DNA of 64,000 nt from an uncultured Candidatus Rokubacteria bacterium. Lineage in GTDB: Bacteria > Methylomirabilota > Methylomirabilia > Rokubacteriales > CSP1-6. The notes below the pieces were generated by a model. It did no database searches and was not told the DNA's origin. It worked only from the letters and a program-made list of their open reading frames with translations. The stretch is from assembly GCA_963721815.1 (NCBI GenBank), contig CAVRLO010000024.1, positions 806,475 to 870,474 of the forward strand, read 5' to 3'. Numbering within the stretch: position 1 is the stretch's first letter; the number at the start of each line of letters is the position of its first letter. A program made the position numbers and the translations under genes. This document shows positions 10,374 through 17,776 of this stretch, piece after piece.

Positions 10374-11999
10374 TCAGGGGCGTCGCACCAGGATCCGGTA
10401 ATCGTCCGTGTCCCGGACTGGGACGAACTCAGAGCGGAGGAAATCGTCCAGCACGAACACGTGGCTGGACACCGCGCTGAGATTCGGCTCCTCGGGCAGC
10501 ACGCCCTTCCAGACCACGATCGTCCGAACATTGTTCCTCCGCAGCTCCGCCACGATGCGTTCCTGTACCGCTTGCGTGGTGGTCAGACCCGGAATGAAGT
10601 CGTGGAAGTACGTTCCGCTGGCGCGGCCGGACAGGAAGTAGAGGATCACCGCGTTGTCGTGCACGCGGTCATGACGCATCGAGGCGACCAGGATGCGCGG
10701 ATCCGAATCCTTCGCGTCGATGTCGGCCACGGCACGCGATAGCCCGGCCAGCTGCTCCGGGACGACAATGCCGGTTGCCCTCGCCAAGCCCAGGGGGGCG
10801 TACCCGGCGACCGCGCTCCGCTGTGCCACGGACATCCCGACGAGCGCCACGCCGATGAGCACGGAGAGGCAGGCGCTGAGCAACCGGGCCTCCCAAGAGC
10901 CCGCACGCCGCTCCAGCACGGATGCCAGGATGAGAGAGGTCGCGCAAACGCACAGGACGTGGAGTGGGTAGACGTGGTAGAAGTCGGACCTTCCCAGCGC
11001 GTACATCGACAACCCGAGCGCCAGCGTCAGCACGAAGAGCAGCACCCGGGCTCGGCCCTCCATCTCGAGCGTTGCCCGACGCACGAGCGGTAGGGCCAGG
11101 CTCAGCACCGCGCCGAGTCCCACAAAGGGCGTGAGGAGGACGCCCGCGCGCACTGCCTGCACGACCGCGGGAGGGCCAATGCTCTCCATCGCTCGCAGGG
11201 ACCAGTACAGCCGTCGCAGTTCGTACGAGTACGGGAGATCCCGGTAGGCGAGCGAGGTCGCCGGGAAGACCACCAGCGCTTCGAGCACGCGCCACACGCC
11301 ACCCGCCGCGAGGAGGCCGTAGACGGGTCCCACGACGAGGGCAATGCCCAGCGCCAGACACCCGAGCGACCGCGCCACTGCAGCCAGCCCGACCCATCTC
11401 TGTCGGCGGCCCGGTCTGGACACAGCGATCCCCACCTGGATGACAACGGCGGCGACCGCGCCATACGCGCCGACGTCCTGGCGGAACAGCGCGGCCAGGC
11501 CCACGAGTAAACCAGCGGCCAGGCACCGGAGGCAGCCTCGGGGGACAAGGCCTCGGGTGGGCGCGGAGGTCCCGGTGAGCACGGCGCCCGCGGCCAGGAC
11601 CAAGGAGAACGCGGGGTCGCACGCATGGAGCAGGTCACCCCGATAGAGAGGTACCAGCAGGGCGACTACGGGCATCAACGACCAGCGCACTGGGAGAGCT
11701 GCACTCCGGCAGAGCGCGAAAAGTGCCGCCGCAGCCACCGCGCCGAAGAAGAGGTTTCCCAGGCGCGCCACCAGGACTTGGGTGCCGAAGAGCCTGAACA
11801 GGAGCGCCGGCCAGTAGAACTGGGCGGGGCCGTAGTAGGTGAAGACGTCACGGTAGGGAAGGTCTCCGGCCAGGATGCGCTGGGCGCCGTAGAGACGTAG
11901 GCCCTCGTCGTAGACATTGAGACCGGTCCCCGCGATCGGTAGCCAGTAGACGACCGCCAGCGCGAACACGCCGAGATAACCGATCGCGCTACGACTCAC
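10374..11999 (-). CDS. polytopic membrane protein, GT-C-fold glycosyltransferase-like (ArnT/PMT-type)
   Basis: Intact 541-aa ORF with a GTG start. It has more than 10 hydrophobic segments. Its first loop, LNVYDEGLRLYGAQRILAGDLPYRDVFTYYGPAQFY, resembles the acidic first loop of GT-C enzymes. A soluble C-terminal domain of about 120 aa follows. The family call is by resemblance only. Confidence 0.5.
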   Translation of the reverse strand: MSRSAIGYLGVFALAVVYWLPIAGTGLNVYDEGLRLYGAQRILAGDLPYRDVFTYYGPAQFYWPALLFRLFGTQVLVARLGNLFFGAVAAAALFALCRSAALPVRWSLMPVVALLVPLYRGDLLHACDPAFSLVLAAGAVLTGTSAPTRGLVPRGCLRCLAAGLLVGLAALFRQDVGAYGAVAAVVIQVGIAVSRPGRRQRWVGLAAVARSLGCLALGIALVVGPVYGLLAAGGVWRVLEALVVFPATSLAYRDLPYSYELRRLYWSLRAMESIGPPAVVQAVRAGVLLTPFVGLGAVLSLALPLVRRATLEMEGRARVLLFVLTLALGLSMYALGRSDFYHVYPLHVLCVCATSLILASVLERRAGSWEARLLSACLSVLIGVALVGMSVAQRSAVAGYAPLGLARATGIVVPEQLAGLSRAVADIDAKDSDPRILVASMRHDRVHDNAVILYFLSGRASGTYFHDFIPGLTTTQAVQERIVAELRRNNVRTIVVWKGVLPEEPNLSAVSSHVFVLDDFLRSEFVPVRDTDDYRILVRRP

Positions 12000-12169
12000 G
12001 TCGGTGATACCCTGCCGGGAGATCCAGCACGTGCACCACTCGCGCTAGATCGAAGCGACAACGTTACACCGGCGTCGCCGGTCGACCGGCCACCAACAGG
12101 ACACGAGAAAAGGGCACGGTGCAGGTACCGCCCGGGTCGGGGGCCGATCGGGACCGAAGGCCAGCCGCG

Positions 12170-12823
12170 ATGGAGTCCAAGCTCGTCGTCGTCATCGGGG
12201 GCGGGCTGTCCGGGCTGGCCGCCAGTTACGACCTGGCGCGAGCCGGTCACCATGTCGTCCTGCTCGAGGCGCTGCGAACTTCGGCGGCCTGGCCCGCTCC
12301 TTTCGCCTCGAGGGCCACCCGATCGAGCGCTTCTACCACTTCATCTGCCGTTCCGATCGCGATCTCCTGACTTTCGTCGACGAGCTCGGCCTCGGCGGGA
12401 AGCTCCATCGAGCAGACCAGCCTGAACCAGAACCTCCAGCGGGCCGGCCTCAACGTGGTCTATGGCCCTTCACCTGTCGACCACCGAGCCGCGCTACCGC
12501 GCCGCCGACCAGGACCTGTTCGCCGAGTACACCGCCATGCTGAAGCTCATGAATCCGGACTTCTCGGAGAGCTGGGTCAAGGAGTATCGCGTCTTTCGCA
12601 CGCCACATGCCCAGCCGGTCTTCACCACCAACTTCGTCGACCTCATGCCCGCGCACCGGACTCCGATCCGGGGTCTCTTCGTCACGGACCCACGCAGTTC
12701 TACCCGGAAGACCGCACGATCAGCCGGGCGATCCGCGAGGGCCGGACAGTGGCGGCCATGATCATGGCCGATTCGACGCCTCCCACTGGCGACGCTTTCC
12801 TGAGCCCAGGCGCGGCCTCGTGA
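12170..12823 (+). pseudogene. remnant of an FAD/NAD(P)-binding amine-oxidase/phytoene-desaturase-like oxidoreductase with an internal deletion
   Basis: The N-terminus MESKLVVVIGGGLSGLAASYDLARAGHHVVLLEA is a dinucleotide-binding fold. A shifted frame continues GGLARSFRLEGHPIERFYHFICRSDRDLLTFVDELGLGGKL. It then jumps directly to a C-terminal part: ALHLSTTEPRYRAADQDLFAEYTAMLKLMNPDFSESWVKEYRVFRTPHAQPVFTTNFVDLMPAHRTPIRGLFVTD / FYPEDRTISRAIREGRTVAAMIMA. About 215 aa remain, against the 430-450 expected. Confidence 0.55.
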
Positions 12824-13738
12824 CCCTGGTGGCGGCGACCTGCGTCGTGTGTGGGGGCGGCACCGTTGACCCCGTATACCACGGCAGCATCTCCCCGGCC
12901 GAGCCGCGCGACCCGGCGATCTACTTCTCGTCGTCCCGGCGGGTGGCCGGCTATCTCCCGATCGTGCGGTGCGCCCGATGCGGGCTCATGATGACGAGCC
13001 CTCGGGACGACGACGCGACCCTCGGCCGCATCTATGCGGACCTGGCGGATCGCACCTACGAGCAGGAAGACGAAGCTCGAAGCCGAAACGCGGGCGACCG
13101 CCTCGCGCTGGTGGCGAGCTACCGGCGGCCCCGGGGAACCTGCTCGATGTGGGCTGCGCAACCGGGCTCTTCGTATGCGCCGCCCAGAACGAAGGATGGG
13201 AGGCCACGGGCATCGACGCCTCGGCCTTGGCGGTGGCGCGGGGTGCGCAGCGGTGCCCCCAGGCCCGCTTCCGTGCGGGCCTGCTCGCGGAGATCGACTT
13301 CCCGGTCGGGAGCTTCGCGTGGTCACGCTGTCGGATGTCCTGGAGCACGTGCCGAGGCCGGTCGAGATTCTGCAAAAAATCCGGAGCTGGCTCGCCGTCG
13401 ACGGCTGGCTCTTCCTGAGCCTGCCGAACGCCGACAGCCGCATGGCCCGGCTGATGGGCAAGCGCTGGGTCCTGCTCCTGCGCGAGCACCTGTGGTACTT
13501 CTCGCCGGTCACGATCACCGCCCTGCTCTCGCGGACCGGCTTCACGCTCGCCGACGTGCGTCCGAAGCTCGACCGATTCTCCGTCGCGAACATCATGGAC
13601 CGTCTCGGCCAGTATCCGGGAGCGGCAGGGATGCTGGCCGGGCGCCTCTCGGGGGTCGGGGTCCTTCGACGTCTCATCGTACGCTTCCCCATCGGGGAGA
13701 TGTACGTGGTAGCTCGAGCGCCCGAAAGCCGATCGTAG
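12820..13738 (+). CDS. class I SAM-dependent methyltransferase with an N-terminal Cys-rich (zinc-ribbon-like) segment, two frame breaks
   Basis: A GTG at 12820 overlaps the preceding stop (GTGA). The protein reads CVVCGG...VRCARCGLMMTSP / LLDVGCATGLFVCAAQNEGWEATGIDAS (SAM motif I) / VVTLSDVLEHVPRPVEILQKIRSWLAVDGWLFLSLPN...MYVVARAP*. The shifts lie near 13125 and 13320. Confidence 0.7.
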
Positions 13739-13783
13739 ACCAGGCCAGCGCCGTCATGGACTGGCGCCTCATCCGACCGCAAC

Positions 13784-14893
13784 CTAGTGGCGCCGAGGCT
13801 CGTAGCCAAACTCTTGCGCCACCTCCTTCGTTTCCTCCGCAATGACCTCCGCGTCTTCCGCCGACAATTTCGGCCGATAGTAGTTCGGGGCCTTGATACC
13901 TTGGCCAAGGTTCGCGAGGAGTTGGTCGTTCTTGGGGAGAGCGCAGTGGGCGAGCACGTCGGCGGTTACCGCGGTCGGATCGGCACACAAATCCTCGTAG
14001 CGCACGACGCGGACAGCCTTCCGCATCGCTTCGTCAGAGGCCAGCAGATCGTGAACATGGCCATAGATTGACGCCCAGTAGCGCGCCCAACCGCGCACCT
14101 CGTCGCCGCCCTGCCACAATGCTTCGACGGAACGCCACGCGTCATTGTCTCCGGTGTTGATCGCGCGCCGGTCAAGTCCGAACTCAAAGTGACCCACCCG
14201 CCGCAAGTGTGCCCGAGCCCTGGGCTCGTCCGCTTCGCCGCGACAGAACAGCTCATGTTGCTTCATGAGGGAGCCGACATGCGCGTGGGGGTGGCGGATT
14301 GCGATGACGAACCGCGCGTCAGGGAAGAGTTTCTGGAGATAGGCCAGGCGGGTGACGTTGTAGTTTGCCTTGGCCACATATCGCGTACCGCCTCTGATGA
14401 ACAGGATCTTGCGGATGTGATCCGTGTAGAACGTCTCGAATGCGGGGTCCTCGACACGGCGGTCCAAGCGATCGACCGGCGGATGCGTCGGACTGAGCGA
14501 GGGGAAAGCCCTCCAGAGCGGCTCTTCCAGCGCTTCCGGACTTTCAGGCGTCACGTAGATGCCGTCCCTGTGAGCACGCTCTTTGGGGACTTGCGGCTTC
14601 GTGCGCGCGTGGTCCAGGAACCAGTTCCAGAGGATGGGCGTGAAGAGGCCGGGATAGTCGCGATATCGGTGCGAGATGACGCCGTCGATGCTGGCCAGCA
14701 CTTCCAGCAGCGTCGTCGTGCCCGCCCGGGCCAGGCCCGTGATGTACACAGGTCGGTCGATGGTGATGCCTTTGAGCTTTCTCCCGAGAAGCTGTGTCTC
14801 GACGCCGCCAAGGGCAAGCCAGAGGGGCGTGAAGCGTTCCACGAACCCGCCTATGAAATGAGTGACAGCGTCGATTTCGAAGATCTTGTCCAC
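13784..14893 (-). CDS. PAPS-dependent sulfotransferase family protein
   Basis: Intact ORF. The 5'-PSB-like loop is YITGLARAGTTTLLEVL and the 3'-PB-like segment is VIAIRHPHAHVGSLMKQH. I place the start at GTG 14893, which is preceded by GGAGG 8 nt upstream and lies after the stop of the upstream gene. The longest ORF extends to TTG 14965. Confidence 0.8.
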   Translation of the reverse strand: MDKIFEIDAVTHFIGGFVERFTPLWLALGGVETQLLGRKLKGITIDRPVYITGLARAGTTTLLEVLASIDGVISHRYRDYPGLFTPILWNWFLDHARTKPQVPKERAHRDGIYVTPESPEALEEPLWRAFPSLSPTHPPVDRLDRRVEDPAFETFYTDHIRKILFIRGGTRYVAKANYNVTRLAYLQKLFPDARFVIAIRHPHAHVGSLMKQHELFCRGEADEPRARAHLRRVGHFEFGLDRRAINTGDNDAWRSVEALWQGGDEVRGWARYWASIYGHVHDLLASDEAMRKAVRVVRYEDLCADPTAVTADVLAHCALPKNDQLLANLGQGIKAPNYYRPKLSAEDAEVIAEETKEVAQEFGYEPRRH

Positions 14894-14921
14894 TACCGTC
14901 GCCTCCGTATCGTACGCTCGC

Positions 14922-15698
14922 CTAACGAATATTGAAGGCACACTTGAGCGCAAGCGAGACGACAAAGGCCGCCACGATGAACAAAGACTCTGGGGACCGA
15001 GCCCAGGAGGGTCCGAGGGCCAGGAACTCCCTGGGCTTCAAATCAAAGGTGATCGACTCGACCCGAGTGGCGTGGGGGAGGTAGCCCGCTGGATTGCCGA
15101 GTAGCCAATTCCACCAGGCGGACTTCTGAATACGTGTGACCGGGTGGTCGCCGGTGAGCCGAACAAGGTTCCTTCCCTCAGTGTCAAGAAGGAGAAGCGG
15201 CCGTCCGGGTGCCGGCCACGCGATCGTCAGCCGCGAGGGGTCCTCAGATCGAAGGCCAGCCGGGACGCTCTGGACGCGAGTCCCTTCCGGCGTGACGGCG
15301 ACGGTCACCGGATCGCCGCCTCGCGGGAGCTCGTAGCCGTAACGGTCCGACACCCAGGTCAGGATCGCGAGGAAAGGCACGGCGGCAACGACCGCCGGCA
15401 AGAGCGTCATCAAGAGCTGCGCCCCCGACCACCGAATCAGCTCACCCGCGGCGGCCAAGCTCTCCGGGAGATCTGTCCGGCTGGTGTCCAGCAGGCGGTG
15501 ACGGCTTTCGCGGGACCGTCGCGCAATCTCGTGGAGCTTGCGTTGAGGCGAGACGAGCCAGTAGAGGGCCATCGAGCTAGCTCCGGCAACGCCCCCCCAC
15601 AACGACACCTGCGTGGTCAGCGAGGCCCATCCGACGCATGATGCGTTTAGCCAGTCGAAGACGGACGCCGGCGAGTTGAGAAGACCGTGTTCATTCAT
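14922..15698 (-). CDS. hypothetical membrane protein (3 predicted TM segments plus a soluble domain)
   Basis: From M72 of ORF 14922..15911 it reads MNEHGLLNSPASVFDWL.... Hydrophobic segments are VSLWGGVAGASSMALYWLV, LLMTLLPAVVAAVPFLAILTWV and LFIVAAFVVSLALKCAF. Codon third positions are coding-like. I recognise no family. Confidence 0.5.
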   Translation of the reverse strand: MNEHGLLNSPASVFDWLNASCVGWASLTTQVSLWGGVAGASSMALYWLVSPQRKLHEIARRSRESRHRLLDTSRTDLPESLAAAGELIRWSGAQLLMTLLPAVVAAVPFLAILTWVSDRYGYELPRGGDPVTVAVTPEGTRVQSVPAGLRSEDPSRLTIAWPAPGRPLLLLDTEGRNLVRLTGDHPVTRIQKSAWWNWLLGNPAGYLPHATRVESITFDLKPREFLALGPSWARSPESLFIVAAFVVSLALKCAFNIR

Positions 15699-15772
15699 CG
15701 ATACGCTAGGGTGCCATGCCGATCGCCTCGAGAGCTGCGCCGAGACCACCCTCCGCTGCCGGCGCGGTGGCG

Positions 15773-16027
15773 TCAGTCGCGTCCAGTGGTGGCGGGCCCG
15801 CGGGAGGGCTTGCGACGATCGCGCATCCTCGCGAGCAGGATCTTGAACGGCAGGTACAGGAGGACGCCGAGCGAGAGCAGGATCGCCCCGATGAGCCCGA
15901 GGAGGGCCCATAGGAAGCTCAAGCCCGCACCCGGACCGACATACGCCGACGCCGGGGCGACCCAGACGTGGAATGTAACGACGAACACCGTGAGAAGAGC
16001 CAGTGCGGCAACCCGCGTCATTGTCAT
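15773..16027 (-). CDS. small membrane protein (signal/anchor, YVGPGAGL motif, second TM, basic tail)
   Basis: The 84-aa ORF reads MTMTRVAALALLTVFVVTFHVWVAPASAYVGPGAGLSFLWALLGLIGAILLSLGVLLYLPFKILLARMRDRRKP.... It sits in the same transcriptional direction between the ASST-like gene and the membrane protein gene. Confidence 0.5.
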   Translation of the reverse strand: MTMTRVAALALLTVFVVTFHVWVAPASAYVGPGAGLSFLWALLGLIGAILLSLGVLLYLPFKILLARMRDRRKPSRGPATTGRD

Positions 16028-16058
16028 CCTCCCAATTGTATCCGCGGTATCCGCGTCC

Positions 16059-17393
16059 TCACCGTGGCACGGACGGCTCGAGGAAGGTCACCCCATCCCT
16101 CGGGATCCGCCCGGCACTGTACACGGCCGGAACCAAGGTGCGACCCTCATGCGTGATCACATCCGGGATGCGGTATTCCCAGACGACTCGCTTGTCTCGA
16201 TTCACCTCGATGATGCGGCCGCCCTCGGTTTCCGTGATCAGAATGTTGCCATTGGAGAGCTGCTGGACCGAGGAAATGTACGGGCTTCTCAGAGGCTCGG
16301 CCGATCGACCGCCGTAGCTCCAGACGATGGCGCTGTTCGTCGGCTTGACCTCGAGAACGCGTGACATGTACTGGCCCACCAACCCGCCCCAGTTGTCGAA
16401 GAGAAGCAGGTTACCGTTCGGAAGAGGGAGCGGGAAATGGGACATGATCCATGGCCCCGCGCTCGCCCACACGATGCGTTCGGCGTCGAAGTCCACGATC
16501 ACGACGGCGAGGAGATTTCGGATGTTGACAAGCACTTGTCCCGGCTTGGTCCATTCGTGATGCGCTGCGAATGCAGACGTGATGAACTTGATCGAGTTGG
16601 TGTGGAAGGGGTCCCACGCGGGTACCGCCGTCAGGCTATCGCGTGTGAACAACCGAGTCCGTTCGTCGAGTAGCCCGGCTTTGAGGAGCAGAGCGAGGAG
16701 AGATAGCTTCTTTTCGAGCACACCGTCATGGGAGAGCTTCACGAGATAGTCGTTCAGAATCCTGTCGGGAGTCCCTGGAACCGACAAGGACGGCGGAGTC
16801 TTCTCGAATCCCTGGGTCAGGGCGGCGATGCCGAAGTCGCGGGACACGTCGAAGTCGTGATGAAAGGCCTCGCCGATCTTCCAGATGACGTGCGAGGACT
16901 TGTTGACTTTGGCAAGGCCGCACCCATATGGAGTGAGACCATAGCAGGTAAACGCGATCAGTAAGCTCCCATCGTCGAAGACATGGATCCGCTGCAAATC
17001 GGCAGTGTGATCGGGTCGACGGACGGGGAGGTGGTCGGCGTCCGGCCACACCTTGGTGAAGGGAACGAACCACTCATGCACGACCTTGCCGTCCATGTCG
17101 AGGAGACGCGCATGGGGGCTGGCACCACGCGCGTAGTAGGTGTACCCGGGAGCATAGGCGGCGGGGTCGGAGCGAATGAGGCCGCCTCGCTCGACCGCGG
17201 GGACGGCCCAGCTGAACTTCTGGAACGGCTCTTGGGCGGCGAGGACGGCCTTGGCGGCCGTCATTCCACGAATGACATGTGGCGCGACCACCTGCACTCG
17301 GTAGGTATCGATCACACCGGCAATGAACGCCAGGACGGCAACGGCCAAGATACAGAGGGCAAGGTACCCCCAACGCACAGGACCTCCAGGCAC
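16059..17393 (-). CDS. arylsulfotransferase (ASST)-family beta-propeller protein with an N-terminal membrane anchor
   Basis: Intact 444-aa ORF. The N-terminal TM segment is WGYLALCILAVAVLAFIAGVI. Further segments are FHHDFDV, WDPFHTNSI, NGNLLLFDNWGG and QQLSNGNILITETEGGRIIEVNRDKRVVWEY. These resemble the PAPS-independent aryl-sulfate sulfotransferase family. The call is from motif memory and no HMM was run. Confidence 0.6.
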   Translation of the reverse strand: MPGGPVRWGYLALCILAVAVLAFIAGVIDTYRVQVVAPHVIRGMTAAKAVLAAQEPFQKFSWAVPAVERGGLIRSDPAAYAPGYTYYARGASPHARLLDMDGKVVHEWFVPFTKVWPDADHLPVRRPDHTADLQRIHVFDDGSLLIAFTCYGLTPYGCGLAKVNKSSHVIWKIGEAFHHDFDVSRDFGIAALTQGFEKTPPSLSVPGTPDRILNDYLVKLSHDGVLEKKLSLLALLLKAGLLDERTRLFTRDSLTAVPAWDPFHTNSIKFITSAFAAHHEWTKPGQVLVNIRNLLAVVIVDFDAERIVWASAGPWIMSHFPLPLPNGNLLLFDNWGGLVGQYMSRVLEVKPTNSAIVWSYGGRSAEPLRSPYISSVQQLSNGNILITETEGGRIIEVNRDKRVVWEYRIPDVITHEGRTLVPAVYSAGRIPRDGVTFLEPSVPR

Positions 17394-17759
17394 GTGTCCC
17401 CCCGCAGCTTCAAGCTCTTCAGCTCTCCCGCGCTCTGCCTTCCCGTGATCCGCAGGACGAGCCGATCATCGGGCAGGCTCGCGCCGGAGACGTGCCCGGC
17501 AACGCGGTCGCGCACGATCCACAGGCGGATACTGCCGGATGCGGCGCAGGGCTAGCGTAGCAGACGATGACGGTGGAAGGAAACTGGGCGCATCGACCCG
17601 AGACTTTGGTTACCGAAAGAGCGGTCTGAGATCAGAAGGGCCGGCTCTATGCGCAGCGCGAGCGGACCCCGAGGCGGCCGAGTACGTCTTCACCCGCCAG
17701 CAGCCGATCGCGAGACGTCGCTTGTCCTTCATGGGCTTTTTGTATCACATCGCCTCGCG

Positions 17760-17765
17760 TATACT
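17760..17765 (+). promoter_or_regulatory. possible -10 box (TATACT) 11 nt upstream of the ATG of the molybdoenzyme gene (near-leaderless transcript)
   Basis: TATACT lies at 17760-17765 and the ATG at 17777. The only -35 candidates are weak: TTGTAT at 14-nt spacing and TTTTGT at 17-nt spacing. No Shine-Dalgarno sequence lies between the box and the ATG. Confidence 0.25.
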
Positions 17766-17776
17766 CCCGCACCATC

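Noticed and set aside
10268-10400. AAGGAGGAC followed by ATG and a 40-codon plus-strand ORF (MARRSRVVEKGSPGRTG...) between cysD and the GT-C-like gene.
   Set aside because: The SD-to-ATG spacing is only 2-3 nt. The peptide is Arg-rich, overlaps the 3' end of the opposite-strand gene, and has no coding bias.
17394-17776. A 383-bp intergenic region upstream of the molybdoenzyme gene, checked for a Moco riboswitch.
   Set aside because: I could not find the conserved Moco-motif blocks as I remember them. In addition, the best promoter candidate lies only 11 nt from the ATG, leaving no room for a leader RNA.
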